A stretch of 64,000 nucleotides of DNA from Chrysomallon squamiferum (GCA_012295275.1 CM022665.1:12462001-12526000); one strand, 5' to 3'. Positions 14,232 to 29,885 are shown, counted from the first letter of the stretch. The notes: generated by a model not told the origin, from the letters alone. Numbers and translations are program-made.

Positions 14232-14812
14232 GAAGAGAGACGTGAATGGGAATAATCAGCGAACGGGTTAGCGGAAAACTAAAGGAAAAATAAAGTGTTA
14301 AAATATTTTTTGGTTTGTTTTGGTTTTTTTTTTTTTATTTGTTATTTTGGTTGTTTGTTTGTTTGCTGTAATTTAGAGGAGGGATGTTTTATTATTATTA
14401 TTAATGTTGTTATTATTGGTGGTGTTGCTGTTGCTGTTGTTGTAATTTAGAGGAGGGATGTTGTTGTTAATGTTATTGTTGCTGTGGTTGTGGTTTAGTT
14501 GGGTTTTTTGTTGTTGTCTAATTTCTTTTGTTGTTCGGGGGAATTTGTTTTTTGGGAGATATATATTTGTTGACTGATACTTTAAAGAAAATCAAGCCGG
14601 AGAAATAATAACAATAACACAAAACCTGTGGCACTTAAAATTCCACATGATAAACTGAAGCATACTTTTCGACTGTTGTAGAAATGTTTTTGTGTTTTAA
14701 ATATTACAGCTCTTCTACTTAACTCTTTTAGCAACCGCAAAAGAAACCCGACCATCGTTTTGAAGATTCTTATTCATACAAAAATCCATTCCTGTTGGCT
14801 TGTGTATATTAT

Positions 14813-14866
<54 letters not shown>

Positions 14867-15539
14867 TGTGTGTGTGTGTGTGTCTACTATGTATGGATTT
14901 CTATATTTTTGAAATATGAATGTATAGCAATGCAAAGAATAAAAGGGACTTTTATGAATTTCTGAGGATTTGGTTTATTTGTTTTGTGTGTTTTGTTTTG
15001 TTTTTTGTTTGTTTCTGGGCTGTTGTTGTTGTTGTTTGTTTGTTTTGGTTTGGTTGTTATTTTTTGGTGGGGAGATGTGGAGTTTCTTTTTTTCATAGCT
15101 GTTTTTATTTATTTGTTATTTTCATTATCGTCGTTTTTCAGTGGTTTTATTATTTTATTTTTATTTTTATTTTTATTTTTACTTTAATTCTTCTTATATT
15201 TTTTTAAGCAATTTTCTTCAGAATTATTCAACGCAGAGTGACAAAAAAAAAAAATTGAAAAATATTATTTTGTTAATAGTATTTAATGGCGCTCTTACGT
15301 TTTAAATAACCTGGATAACATCGCACTGATTACGTAATGTCCACAGTTGAAAATATTCAAGAAAAATAATTTAATAAGACCAAGGTCCATCGATCGTTAA
15401 AAGTACTTCATTCTGTCAGGTATTTTTCTTAACACATTTTAAATCGTAACTTCCTGGTTCGTTAAAGGAACGGAATTTTAATCACACCAGGAAGGAAGTG
15501 GTATAAAAAAATGTTTAAATTATTTCATTTCTACTAATT

Positions 15540-15710
15540 ACGAAACTGAAATCAGTGCTTTCTGAAAAGCTTTACCTTATTTTGGAGTTCAGAAATGTGT
15601 CGCTGTGGTAATGAAGCCGTGTGGTTTCATACATGCGTATGCAACTGAAAATCTTTATTATTCACTGTAAAGTCTGTTACCGAATGGAAATTGCATTTTC
15701 GGTTTCCAAG
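15540..15710 (-). promoter_or_regulatory. Candidate immune-responsive promoter and first exon (ISRE-like motifs), copy 1
   Basis: GAAACTGAAA at 15542-15551 and TTTCGGTTTC at 15697-15706 (both IRF consensus GAAANNGAAA); kB-like GGAAATTGCA at 15686; minus-strand donor AAG|GTAAAG at 15576/15575. Confidence 0.35.
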
Positions 15711-16657
15711 GGTGTTGTTAATAGTTTTCGCTGATAAAGATTTATTATTCTGGAAAGCACATCCAGGCATCGCCATTTCCGTATTTGTCAGACGTGAAAA
15801 TGATGCCAGGAAATATTTTTTTACAAATGAAAATTAAAAAATTTCAAACAGACAGATTCCCGAAAGATAAGAAATAAAAACTGGTAACTGCAAGCCAGGC
15901 TCCAGGGAAGTTCAGGTGTTTCGAATCTCTCTAATAACCTCCGTGAACAAACTGCCTTTTTTTTAGTATGATCGTCAGCCGATTGGCTGTTTTATTATAA
16001 TTATGTTTGGCGTGTGTCCGTATTTGTGTGTGTTTGTGTGTGTGTGTACATATATATATAAATTTATAAACTATAATCACCAGCCAAATCAGATTATTAC
16101 AATGCCAAAACATCAACGAAGTGAGGTTACCAACATCACAAGAGAAAACTAGTATCTCTTAGCTGACATTCACAGTTAACGAATATATGATTAATCTACA
16201 TCAAGTCGCCGTGTGCCCAATATTCACGAAGAAAATGAGAACTTTTAATCATAAGTGTATTGCATCTTCAGAGGGCCGAGACCTCCTATCGATTCTCATT
16301 TGCTACGGTGACGGAAACATGATACAGATGGAGATTCCGTCCCAAACACAAACATGATTTATTCTCGAATGATGTCTTCTTCATGAAAACCATTATGTTC
16401 AAAAAAGAAACATTAACTAGAAACTGGAGTATCTGGATTAACATGGAACTTCCAGAAAACAGTAATATCATATAATGTATGTATACATACGTACAAAAAT
16501 ACATGCATACATACATACATACATACATACATACATACATACATACATACATACATACATACATAAATGTTAACTGTGTTTAGTAATCTCTCTCTCTCTG
16601 TCTTAATATTTCTCCATCTTAGATGTTTTTTCTCTTTTTCTATAACCGAACGTCCAC

Positions 16658-16764
<107 letters not shown>

Positions 16765-17883
16765 TTTTTTTCTCTCTGTCTTAATATTCCTCCATCTTAA
16801 GATATTTTTTTTCTTTTTCTATAACCGTACGTCTACAAAATATTTGTCTAGGCTAAAAAAAAAGCGAGATAAAATACCTTTTCTATTTCTTTATTTTTTT
16901 CTCTACTTCTTTCCCTTTCTTTCTTTATCTGTCTATCTGCTGTCTATCTCTGTCACTGACTATAAAAATATCTGAATTTATAAAAAGAAAAAATATTATT
17001 ATAAAATTATGAATATAAGACAGAAGACTTAACTAGCGAAGATCACAGTCAGTTGTCTGAAGATCAAAAAGAGCTGATACTTCACATAAATAATATCATC
17101 CATCATTTTTCATTACACTACCAGGAAGAACTTTTTTCTGTCTTTCTTTCTTGTTTTTTTTTGTTTTTTTTTCTTTTAAAATTTAAAAAAAGGAATTATC
17201 AAAATATTTTTCTTAAAACGTCTTACTCTTTGGTTGACAAACCAACCTAACACTGAAAATGTCAGAAGATTTGTGCCCGCAGCAATTGAGACTTAATAGG
17301 AAATTGAAGGAAGAAGACTTGATTTACGTACAACACGTAACTTTACCTTGTCGCAGAGATAAATTTGTGATCTCAGGACTTGACATCGGATCCACATCGC
17401 AACCCCTGTAACGACATCGACTGCAATATCGTTGAGAAATAATCTGGAAATGGTCTCTCCACTTTCCAAATGTCGTGCTTATTAAGCTAAAATCTTGTGT
17501 TTTGCAGCCAGAAGAATAGAGCTAAAGACTCGTTCGCTACGTAATTTTTTCTTTAGAGATGGAAACAAAAGCTGAAGAAGTAATCAACTTGTTGTGCCTT
17601 TCTGTTGACCCGTGTTGACACAGCGTACAAGCTTATTTTCACTGAAAACCGTGTGAATATATTTGAATACAAATTATTCAAATGAGCAGTTTATGGAGGA
17701 ATAACATGCTCGTTTGAAAATATTCTACACAAGCTAATAAATATATTACATGAAACGACCAGACATGTCTTAATGAATTACTTCCAACGAGAATGCTAAA
17801 GTGGCTTTAAGTTTTTTTAACCTAAGACTTATAAAGATCCATACAAACGTAGAGACAGACGGAAATTCCGATAAACACACGCA

Positions 17884-17914
<31 letters not shown>

Positions 17915-18717
17915 TATACATACATACATACATATATACATACATACATACATACATACATACATACGTATTTACATACGTATTTACACACAAACATGCA
18001 TACATACATACATACAAACAAACACACATACATACATACATATACACATACATGAAGTAAAACTCAAGACGAAACGACGTTCAAACTATTCTTTGAAATT
18101 GAGTACAAAAATGTTAAAACCAAAATTAGATTAATGTGGTTAGTATCCACATTTACGCGTTAAAAGATTATTTCAGATAAGAAGAGTACTAAAAAGAACT
18201 TCAAAGTTTTAAATTAAATTCATTTTAGTCTTTTTAAATTCTTCTTCACGGCACAGAGATAAAACATCGGTTTAAAAAAAATGAACTTAAGAAACGTTTT
18301 TGATATCACGTTGAGAAACACACTATGACTAAGAAATTGGATCTTACTCCGTTTCAAGCATTCTATTAAAGCAAAATCACTTTGGCGTCAGTACATCTCC
18401 GAAATCTTTTCATTTAGAAAAATGGAATTCAGAAACAAATTTGTTTTGCTTCTATCTTACATCGAAATTACCAAAAGTAAACGATTCAGAAAAATGATTC
18501 CACCCAGTAATTTAAATTTAAGTTGTAATTACTTTCTCGACTTCCAGTTTTATGTTGTTTTGTTTCTTAGTTTGTTTGCCTTGATTTTCGTTGTTTAATA
18601 AACAATAAGATGGTGTATTATTGGTTTTATTTTTGTTTACTAGGTTAACGTTGCTGTTAATCTTTTTAAAAAAATATTTTAAAAATGGGAGAAAAAAACG
18701 ACAACCAAAATGATCTG

Positions 18718-19065
18718 CAAGCCCGTACGGAGAGTTGGGTGCGACGGGTGGGTGGATATGCACCACCCTTGGTCTGCCGAGGTCCGCCATGAATGTCCGA
18801 ATAGTCCGATGATATGAACTGTATGAGGTTTTCGCAGTTATAGTGGGTTTCATGACGTAATATGCAGCAGAAATGTGTGAAACGTGAACAGTGTCGTTAA
18901 TTTTTCTGAGGATCCGCGTTGATAGACACTAACTTCATTATCTCCCTTGCCAGTTTACGTCGTTGAATGCTGGAAAATGCATTTTCTGCATTCTAGATTT
19001 TAAAAAGATTACGAGGTGGTTGGGTAGATTCTCCCGTACTCTCTTACAAATCCGGCCCTTTGGGA
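18718..19065 (+). mobile_element. Degenerate hAT-type MITE (duplicate of 8211-8560)
   Basis: Same sequence within duplication copy 2. Confidence 0.5.
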
Positions 19066-20246
19066 CATCGATTACACACACACACTCACTCTCTTTTGGG
19101 GAGGGGGGTCTTTTTTCTTCTAGTTTTTTAGCTGTAGATACAGTTTGATTTCAGTTGAATTGCTAAACGGATGCATAGTTTTAAAAGAAATGGTTGCTTA
19201 TAGCTAACTGTAGAAAACCTGCATTATGCTAGATCGATTGCAGTACTCATCGGAGCTTGAATTACATTATTTCCCGATCCAACCAGTATCGCTAACACCA
19301 TATAATGGTAGATTAAAAATACATGGAGGTCGTCGTTTAAAACAATTATTTTCCTTTTTACTTCGTTTGGAAATGTCCTTCGATATAATAATCTTCATGT
19401 TGTTATCGTTGCCTTTCTTCTAGATGACGTTATTAATATTTTCCCAATGTAATTATGTCACTGGCACATTGCAATATTATTTCTACAGACTTGGCCATCA
19501 TCCCAGTGCAGTAGATTGTCATCAAACCGTACACGTCTTCAAAGATTTTCAGGATTCCCAAGAGAAATATACGGTCAAGTGTTGCCACATCCGAAGCCTA
19601 ATTATATTACCCAGTGATGCGGACCGCAATGAATCTAATGGTCAAAGGAACAATCCGTTCAGAAAGTTAAGTATCAAAAGATCCAGCACTATCGTAATAA
19701 CACGAATAGTGTGTAAAACTGGTTACGTCAAGCTGCTCTGATGAGCTGAAGATAAGAAAGATAATGACGTTTATTCTAACACGAGAGATGAATTACGTCT
19801 GGAGATGTCTGTCCGAACGGTACTGAATTTCAGGACTTGGAAGTTAAGAGCACACATCAAATCAAATATTAAAATAACTGGCTGATAATTTGGAGTTGTA
19901 AAATTCTTTTGTAATCGGTGTTGTTTTTGTTGGTATTATGTTGTTTGTAGTTGTTGTAATCAGATTCTCATTGGTGATGTTACTGGTGTTATTAGACCTT
20001 TTTGTATACAGGTTTATTCAAATGAGGACATTGTTATATTTTTTTCATTCCATTTTAGCAATTTCTTCTAGACAGTGCCGCTGCTGCTGCTGTTGTTACT
20101 GATGATGTAGTTATCTGATACGTTTTCCTTTTTTATTACTGTTATTGTTCTCCTTTACTTTTTACTTTTCTCATTATTACTGGTACTTAGCATCGTTTGG
20201 TTTCGAAAAAGAAACTATCGGATCAAGTAACCTCTAAATCAAATAC

Positions 20247-20553
20247 CTTCAGATGAAAATCAGTATCTCTTCAGATCTTTGGCACATAAAATCACTGCCT
20301 CGGTTATTACAGATAACCCGTTTTTCCCCGCGATATCTACACACACCCTTGGACGTGACAAGTACAAAATCATCTGCCACAACAAGTTTCGATTTTTGGT
20401 TTTCTGCCGGAGAAGTACTGAAGTTATTATCTCCTCTACAAACGTCTGTGATTTAATGTTTCTGACGCTTCCTTCTTGCTGAGTAAGACGTTTATCGAGG
20501 AGATCAACAAGTGATTCGAATAGGACGTTACAATTGACGTTTGGCATGTCATT
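20247..20553 (-). pseudogene. Exon containing the 95-aa DED-like ORF, copy 2
   Basis: Translation identical to 9755-10042. Confidence 0.35.
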
Positions 20554-22128
20554 CTGAATCGAGAGGAAGAATTATTAACAAAATTCAGAAACTGTGTTTA
20601 GTTAAAGAGGTTTTAAAAAAAAAATAATAATCTTTAATATTACTGCTGGAGCACCGAACTCATTCTTTGTTTGATGGATTTGTCTGCAGACTTTAGGGAG
20701 ACACGATGATTGCGAAAATAATGATTCAGTGATTAAAGAAATAATATAATTATTAGCTGCTGAGATCGCGCATAAATTAATCTGCAATTACTGTTAGAAT
20801 TAATTACTGAATAGTTAATGTCACGAACTAGTAATTAATTATTAATATAAAACTGAATTCTTTAATTGTATTTCAATCATGTTTCAGTTATTTTATTTAA
20901 ACTTATTATTTTCTTATTTATCATACCAAGAATCCAAACAAACTGTCGTATCCATGATCATGTTAATAATAAAAAAATATCTAAGAAGTAGATCTCTTCA
21001 ATGCATCATTTAGTTTCCAGGAACACGAACCTGATAATAATCTCAAAAATTCCTACCAAGTTTAGTATTTGTATACTAAAATTCAAAATTAATTAATTTA
21101 TTATAAGGAGACCATCGTTGTATAATTAATATTTATGTAAAGATTGTAAAATACACCAAATATTCTTAATTTCCTTAATCGCCAGTTTTAAGTTTTATTT
21201 TGGCTCATAATATTATTTTTATATTTTGTCATTAGCAAAGAATGGTGTTCATGAATAGACAAAGTTATCGCTTACAAAGATACAAAACACATTTTAATCA
21301 CATTATATTCATTTTGCATGTGTGTTTATATTTATGTTTTATATTATTTGACTGTTGAAGAGATCGCCTTGTTCCAGACTAGGAAGAAACTGGAAATAAA
21401 CTGCTGAGATGCATATTTTAATTAAAAATATATATATATGTTGTTTTTTCAAATCATCCGTATTCCAGTAATATCTACTCGGAGCAAACGGAAAAAAAAA
21501 ATCCGTTTCGTGAAATATTTAATGAACTTAAAAGGTATTAAATGCATTTCTGTGAATGTTACATTATTATACATGGCAAATATCCACCCTCTGTGACCAT
21601 TAGAAATACAATATATTCTATTTCAGACTTTCTGGAAAGAAAAAACATTCAAGGCAAATGTTGCATTAATTTCTGGTTCAAAGTATATCCTAATAAAGGC
21701 TCGTGTTTTATGTCTTTTTATTTATATGTACAGAAGTACAAAAATATCTGATTTGGTTTAACAAATTTATTTACACAATGTCTCTATTCTGACTTTGAGA
21801 TTATCAAAAGAAAACCAAAAATAAATACAATACAAAATTCATATTGATAAATAGAACACCTATTATTATTTTTTTTTTATTTTTTTTTGTCTTTATAATT
21901 ATAGTTGTTTTTGTTGCTCTTATTATTATTATCATCATTATCATTGCGAATAACTTTATTAATATCTTTTTCTTCTTCTTATAGTCGACATCATTATCAT
22001 TATTATGTTTTATCAGCATTTTCATTTCCTAAATATCTAAACAATGATGTCTATAATGACGAAGCTGATACTGATGACGACGTTGATGGAGGAAACGATA
22101 ACTCCTGTCATGTCGTAATTCCACGACA

Positions 22129-22171
<43 letters not shown>

Positions 22172-22710
22172 AAGGATATTTCTAAATTCACAAATGATTC
22201 ATTTTAAACAGATATTCTATATCTTTTCACTGGGTCATATCCAGGGCTCTTCCTTGAACCATACCCTTGCTTATCACTTAAAGCAATTTTCTAATTATTT
22301 ATGGGCACTTTTGGACTTTTGCCATTTCTAATACCAATTTTCAGTGTATAATATAGCAAAACAACTCTACACAGCTCTAAGATGTTTTACTGTATTTTGC
22401 CATTAGTGTTGTTATATATGTTTAGTGTGACGTTTTCTATATTTCATGGCGTGTTATTTACTCCCTGTGATTAGAAAGTTTTACCCATGAGACAGTCACA
22501 GAGACAGTTGTAACCATATCAAGAATTAAATCAGTTAATGTCAGTGATATGTGGTGTTTGTCGATGCCATGGGAGGCTGCTATCTTTATAAGGCAAGATA
22601 TTTCTCTTTAAATTTCTTTAAGATTTTCTGTTCAGATGTTGTGTATATTGTTTCAGCCATATTAAGTAATATGAATACGTGTGTGTGTGTGTGTGTGTAT
22701 TTGTGTATGT

Positions 22711-22753
<43 letters not shown>

Positions 22754-25291
22754 AATAAGATTTATTGTCTTTCATTTTGGTATACTACTAACAAGTTTGG
22801 CGCGTTTGATTTGTGTTTTCTTTTAATATTGCTTATTTGTCTACATGTTTGTTTTTGTACTGAAAGATGGTTTTTATAGACAGATAGATAGAGAGACAGA
22901 GAAACTGATAGATAGATAGATATGTACATACATTTATACGTACGTACGTACATACCTACATACATACACTGACAGACAGAGAGATAGATAGACATACGTG
23001 TGTGCATATATAAAATTATTGGCGCAATCCATCCAGTTTGTTTCTCTGCGAGGGTAACTGTCAAACTGGATGAAACACTTTACAGTAGTCCCCGTCGGCA
23101 TTTATGATGACGTTTCCAGAAACAAACCAGATAATATTTTAGTCCCAGTATAAACACTATAAAAGAGCAAAAGGAAAATGATACTTCCATTTCTTCCAAC
23201 AAAAAATGTAAAATAGATATATTAATATAATGAAACAAACCAAAAAAATTGTTAACATTCTGCAGTTTTTGAAAACAAATATGATTATCAGTACAAAAAT
23301 GACAACAACACCAAAAACCATTTAAATAAATGAACATGAAACAAAAATATTTAAAAATAAGCTTTCGATTTGAATTTCACTTTGTCAAGTTTAATTATTT
23401 AGGTATATTGACGTTTGAGCTGATAAACATAATAACTTCCTTCTTGGTTCGTTCCTTAATGTGATGAGATCATTATAATGTTTTATTGATTCACCGTCTT
23501 AGACTAACAGGTGGTTTGGTTCCTGAATTAGTCAAAGGACGCAAGAAATGCGATGCACTCTCTACCGTTAGCTGACGTCATACCTATTACTAAGGACATG
23601 GTCAAAGAATAAAGGCTAAAGTATTATTGATTCCTGCTGCAAAGAGATGCGCTGGTCAAATTATTTTGGATAAAGCCGCATAACTGTGGCTCAGCACACA
23701 TCCGTTCAAATGACAGAGAACAACTGACGTTCAAAGAAGAAAATTAATGAGTAAAATATGTCTATTTAGTTAAATACATTCAGCATTATGTTTGTTATTA
23801 TATCCTGATTATGAAAGGTTTCAATACTGTTGTATAAAATTATTTATTTAGAAACTGTTCTTAATTTTATTTATTTATTCATCCATTTGTTTGGTCGAGT
23901 TTGACATATTTAGGGATATAGTGGAATCGTTAACGGTTTATTTATTTGTTCTGCTTTCTTGCTTGCTTGCTTAGGTCTGTGTTTTTATTGTTTTCCATAA
24001 TGTTTTCGACTTTGTAAAGTCTACTATTCTTGTTTCATATATGGTCAGGTTGATGTTGAGGTTTTGTCTTCTTTTTTTTTCATTTTCTTTGGTTCTCCTC
24101 TTTATTTGTGTTACTATTCTGCTTCTTCATTATCGTCATCGTCATCGTCATCTTCATCTTTCAGCCAATAACCATCAAACAACCTATCTCTTTCTATTCT
24201 CCTGTCATGTTCATTAACTAAAGAAAATAATATTAAAATCGTACGTGTTTTTAGAAACTTCCAGAACCCTAAAAGATCCATATAAGCTTCCTTGTCCATC
24301 ATAATCAGTCGTGGAGCAACAATTTACGTAAAACATCCCAGGGCTCTGAAGGACATCTTGCATCACTTCATTGTCCTAATTCAACCACCTGTATTAATTC
24401 ATGATAAAGTTTCAACAGTCTCAGTGACCCATCTTCAGGGCAAGACAATCCAATTACACAGAGTATCTGACAGCAACCACCATGACAAATAGACCTGCCT
24501 CTTCAGGCTCTATGCCAAATTGGATTCTGGGATATAAAAATAAAATGGCAGCCACAACACTGCTGAGTAACTTGGAATGACACTGTTTAATATGCACAAG
24601 CAATGCCCAAGGCTATGTGCAGTTTCGCGGTCGGTGAATTGAATTCGCTTTGTTGATAAAGAAAATGTTAAAAGGAATCGAACGTCATAAAAAAAAAAAA
24701 AAAAAAAAAAAAAAGAAGAAGAGAGACGTGAATGGGAATAATCAGCGAACGGGTTAGCGGAAAACTAAAGGAAAAATAAAGTGTTAAAATATTTTTTGGT
24801 TTGTTTTGGTTTTTTTTTTTTTATTTGTTATTTTGGTTGTTTGTTTGTTTGCTGTAATTTAGAGGAGGGATGTTTTATTATTATTATTAATGTTGTTATT
24901 ATTGGTGGTGTTGCTGTTGCTGTTGTTGTAATTTAGAGGAGGGATGTTGTTGTTAATGTTATTGTTGCTGTGGTTGTGGTTTTTGTTGTTGTCTAATTTC
25001 TTTTGTTGTTCGGGGGAATTTGTTTTTTGGGAGATATATATTTGTTGACTTATACTTTAAAGAAAATCAAGCCGGAGAAATAATAACAATAACACAAAAC
25101 CTGTGGCACTTAAAATTCCACATGATAAACTGAAGCATACTTTTCGACTGTTGTAGAAATGTTTTTGTGTTTTAAATATTACAGCTCTTCTACTTAACTC
25201 TTTTAGCAACCGCAAAAGAAACCCGACCATCGTTTTGAAGATTCTTATTCATACAAAAAAAATCCAATTCTGTTCCATTCCTGTTATTATT

Positions 25292-25362
<71 letters not shown>

Positions 25363-26023
25363 TAGTATGTATGGATTTCTATATTTTTGAAATATGAATG
25401 TATAGCAATGCAAAGAATAAAAGGGACTTTTATGAATTTCTGAGGATTTTGTTTATTTGTTTTGTGTGTTTTGTTTTGTTTTTTGTTTGTTTCTGGGCTG
25501 TTGTTGTTGTTGTTTGTTTGTTTTGGTTTGGTTGTTATTTTTTGGTGGGGAGATGTGGAGTTTCTTTTTTTCATAGCTGTTTTTATTTATTTGTTATTTT
25601 CATTATCGTTGTTTTTCAGTGGTTTTATTATTTTATTTTTATTTTTATTTTTATTTTTATTTTTACTTTAATTCTTCTTATATTTTTTTAAGCAATTTTC
25701 TTCAGAATTATTCAAAGCAGAGTGACAAAAAAAAAAAATTGAAAAATATTATTTTGTTAATAGTATTTAATGGCGCTCTTACGTTTTAAATAACCTGGAT
25801 AACATCGCACTGATTACGTAATGTCCACAGTTGAAAATATTCAAGAAAAATAATTTAATAAGACCAAGGTCCATCGATCGTTAAAAGTACTTCATTCTGT
25901 CAGGTATTTTTCTTAACACATTTTAAATCGTAACTTCCTGGTTCGTTAAAGGAACGGAATTTTAATCACACCAGGAAGGAAGTGGTATAAAAAAATGTTT
26001 AAATTATTTCATTTCTACTAATT

Positions 26024-26195
26024 ACGAAACTGAAATCAGTGCTTTCTGAAAAGCTTTACCTTATTTTGGAGTTCAGAAATGTGTCGCTGTGGTAATGAAG
26101 CCGTGTGGTTTCAAACATGCGTATGCAACTGAAAATCTTTATTATTCACTGTAAAGTCTGTTACCGAATGGAAATTGCATTTTCGGTTTCCAAGG
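26024..26195 (-). promoter_or_regulatory. Candidate ISRE-containing promoter, copy 2
   Basis: GAAACTGAAA at 26026-26035 and TTTCGGTTTC at 26181-26190. Confidence 0.33.
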
Positions 26196-26442
26196 GTGTT
26201 GTTAATAGTTTTCGCTGATAAAGATTTATTATTCTGGAAAGCACATCCAGGCATCGCCATTTCCGTATTTGTCAGACGTGAAAATGATGCCAGGAAATAT
26301 TTTTTTACAAATGAAAATTAAAAAATTTCAAACAGACAGATTCCCGAAAGATAAGAAATAAAAACTGGTAACTGCAAGCCAGGCTCCAGGGAAGTTCAGG
26401 TGTTTCGAATCTCTCTAATAACCTCCGTGAACACACTGCTTT

Positions 26443-26488
<46 letters not shown>

Positions 26489-27067
26489 GTGTCATATAAA
26501 AGTAATTACATTAACTTGTTTGTAAACAGAATCACTAGTGTTTTATACTGTACAGCTTTGAGTTGGCCCTCTTTATGTACTAGTAAAACTCTGTTATCAG
26601 TCAGTGTTTGATCCCCTTCATTATAAACGCTGGATTCGCGTCTGATTTGTACAATAATTATTTTAAATATGTTTGATTTATGATTCTTTGTTCAGTGAGC
26701 ACACTGAAGAAATATATCTAAAATTGTATTCATTTGTTTGTGCATGATTTACAGTCAATTTCTGTTTCTTCAGATAATTTTTAATTAGTTAGTGATGTAT
26801 GTTGGTTACGTTTGTTTTTGTTTTGTTTGTTGTTGTTTTTGTTTGTTTTTTGCTGGGAGTGTTTTGTTGGTGGTTTTTTATTAGGTTTTTTGGTTGTTGT
26901 TTTTGTTGTTGTTGCTGTTGTTTTTTTTTTTTTGCTGTTGTCTATATAATGTGTTCGTTATTTTCACGGGATTTTTGGTTCGTTCGTTTATGTATTTTAG
27001 TTTTGTGTGTGTGTTTATAGAGACACACACACCCAGTTACTGTTACTGTTGTTTTATTGGTGTTTTT

Positions 27068-27101
<34 letters not shown>

Positions 27102-27844
27102 GTCTGACTGATTTCGGGTCGAGTTTGTTTAATTGTTTTTATTTTATTTTTTATTTTCTTTAGCACAGATATTATTCTATTATTTTAATACCATTAAGTT
27201 ACTTTTCAGTTCTACCATAACTCGAAATATCTAATCACCTTTAATTCCATTCCAATACAAGCATGAAAAAAGCTGCAAAATAATATTATTTAGGAACCAT
27301 GTTAAATTAAATAAATATATCAAGAGACGGTTTATGCATGGCCGACTTGGAGATATAATCTTGAAACTTGATTGAATACCCCAAAAATTATTAGTATGTT
27401 ATACGATAAACAAGAGACACACGACTATCTAATGTTGGTCCTACACCTTCCAGTTAGTTCTGGGTGAAGGTCTGTTACAAGATGCGATTTTTGCAAACTG
27501 TAAACCAGATTAATAAAATACACAAGTCTGTATGACGTTATCTTACACCATGGATGAAGGCATGTAAGAAGACGCGATCCCAAAACCTACAAGTTCCAAG
27601 CCACATGGTCAGGGTGTGATACAGATGGTCAGAGGATTTATTCATATGCCAGATGATAAGGAAAAAATATATAGGTTAATGACACATATATTAATGTTTA
27701 TTAGCAAAACAGAACGCAGCTTATTTAGATTAAGGTTCAAAACATAACATATTAGAGAAATATTTACAGTTAGTGTTTTTATTACTGCTACAGGGTAAGC
27801 ACGGATTACTTCGTTTATAGTAAAACAGTATGTGTGTATGTGTG

Positions 27845-27846
<2 letters not shown>

Positions 27847-27929
<83 letters not shown>
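27847..27929. repeat. (AG)n microsatellite
   Basis: Directly visible; similar tracts at ~35482-35536, 46585-46668 and 50754-50835. Confidence 0.95.
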
Positions 27930-27932
<3 letters not shown>

Positions 27933-28749
27933 CTCCAAGAAAATCGGTAGAGAATAAAAGAAATGGAAAAAGGGAGAAAAAAGGAAACAGAAACAGAAAC
28001 AAAATAGAAATACGAACGATTCGACAATCAACCAAAGGTGAAAATCTTGTATAAACTGAAATTAGCTCTAATCAAACTACTCCCCTTTGTGTTGTTTTGT
28101 CGTATCAGTCATAACTATAAAATGTACTCTTAACATAGAATATGACCTGTGCCAGACAGACTGAATTAGATTCAAGTTCTGATTGATGAGCAAGTAAAAA
28201 GGAAGGATGTGAAGTCAAATTGGTAAATGTCAATCATTCAGATAAAACCGTATCAACATCTCAGAAATTCAAATAGACCGTTGCCTTTCAAGCCCTAAAA
28301 TCACTGCTAAAGGGGCAAAAAGCGTCTTACAAAAAACTCAAAATCCTGGAATGTTCTGATAAAATAATTTCTGTCGTTGTGAAATGTTGTACCAAGCGGT
28401 TTATTATTTTCCTTTACTAAGAAAATTTCTCATGGCGCAAGGATACGAGCTGATGTTGGACAGTTAATTTTTAAGTAGTTCCTTACAGTCAATTTCAGTT
28501 TTCTCGACTCCGTTCAGTCTATTTATAATTATTTCAAATTTTAAATATTTGTTTTTATCTGTTAGCACTGGGCAAAATTCCTCGACGCTTTTCAAAGAGA
28601 TTACAACTTTGACTGATTACAATATCGACTTCATTCCAATATGTTCACGTGCTTGGAAAATAAGTAATCAGCTTATACAGTTTAAAGTACTAATCGCTTT
28701 CATCAACTCACAATCTATCTGTCAGCTTATAGAATACTTTCTTCCATTT

Positions 28750-28791
<42 letters not shown>

Positions 28792-28892
28792 TATGTGTGA
28801 GTGTGTTTGCGTGTGGGTATTTATTTATTTATTTATTTCTCAGTATTACTTATTTAATTGTTTTATATTTTCTGGTGGTTATGTTCTTATTT

Positions 28893-28926
<34 letters not shown>

Positions 28927-29769
28927 TCACATTACGTTTGAAGAATAACAAATTTGTCCTGTGAAGCCATTAAATATTTAAATAAATGTATTTACTTATT
29001 CATCGGTGATATATTGGTATCTAATCTCGTATACATGTATTTGATTTAGAGAAATGTCTATTTTGATTCTGAAATGCTAGACGCCGTTTTAGGATGAGAA
29101 ATTTTGTAAATTAAGTAAACTGTTGCTTGAAAATTGTTTTAGTACTTTATTTATTATTTAACGTAATAAAAAAATTACTTAAGATTTTAACTACTGTTAT
29201 TTTGTAAATTATATTTATAATCTATTTCCACCTTTCTTATTGTTTCTGTACCTTCAGTAATTCAGTTACTCAGTCTTTTAAAGACTGTCCTAACAACAAT
29301 AAACGATAGAGGAAGTATTTTATCCCTTTTCACTACTTCCTACGAGGTTTTGTGGGCGCTGTTCTGTTTTGTTTGCTTGCTTTTTGTTTTTACGTTATTG
29401 CTTGCATTTCTTCTTCTCGTCTCACTTTTGTTTTAGCCATGTTTTAAATTGCATTTGAAGCTGATAAATACAACCGGAATGACTGTAGATTTATTAATTT
29501 GTGAAAATCAAAATTTTCCATATAATTTTATAAAATGCATATAAACAATAATAATAATAATAATAATAATAACATATTTTAAAAACAAATTGTGATTTTA
29601 TATTATCTTTCCTAATGTAATGATGTTCTTCTTGTCGTTTTAATGTTATAAATAATAAAATTAATTAATAACATATTAATCTGTATATAATTTGATAAAA
29701 TAATAATGAGATAAAAGAAAAGAAAAGCAAGAAAGAAAAAAAAGAACTTCATATATTAGCTTTATGGTG

Positions 29770-29882
29770 GTGCTCCAGAAACCATGGCGTAGATTAAACA
29801 TAAAAAGAAAGACGCCAATATCCGGAAACGGAATCTTTAACATGGGTTAGCATTTTCAGAAAAACACCGCCAACGTGTCAAC
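29770..29882 (+). promoter_or_regulatory. TMEM258 promoter / 5' UTR
   Basis: CpG-containing patch just upstream of the ATG exon, with ATGGCG (YY1-like), GCCAAT and CCGGAAACGGAA (ETS-like). Confidence 0.5.
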
Positions 29883-29885
29883 ATG
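29883..29885 (+). CDS. TMEM258: TMEM258 exon 1 (start codon only)
   Basis: CAAC-ATG|GTGAGT; phase-0 join to exon 2. Confidence 0.8.

Noticed and set aside
27330-27640. GC-richer patch with a ~70-codon minus-strand frame
   Set aside because: No recognisable family or convincing splice sites.
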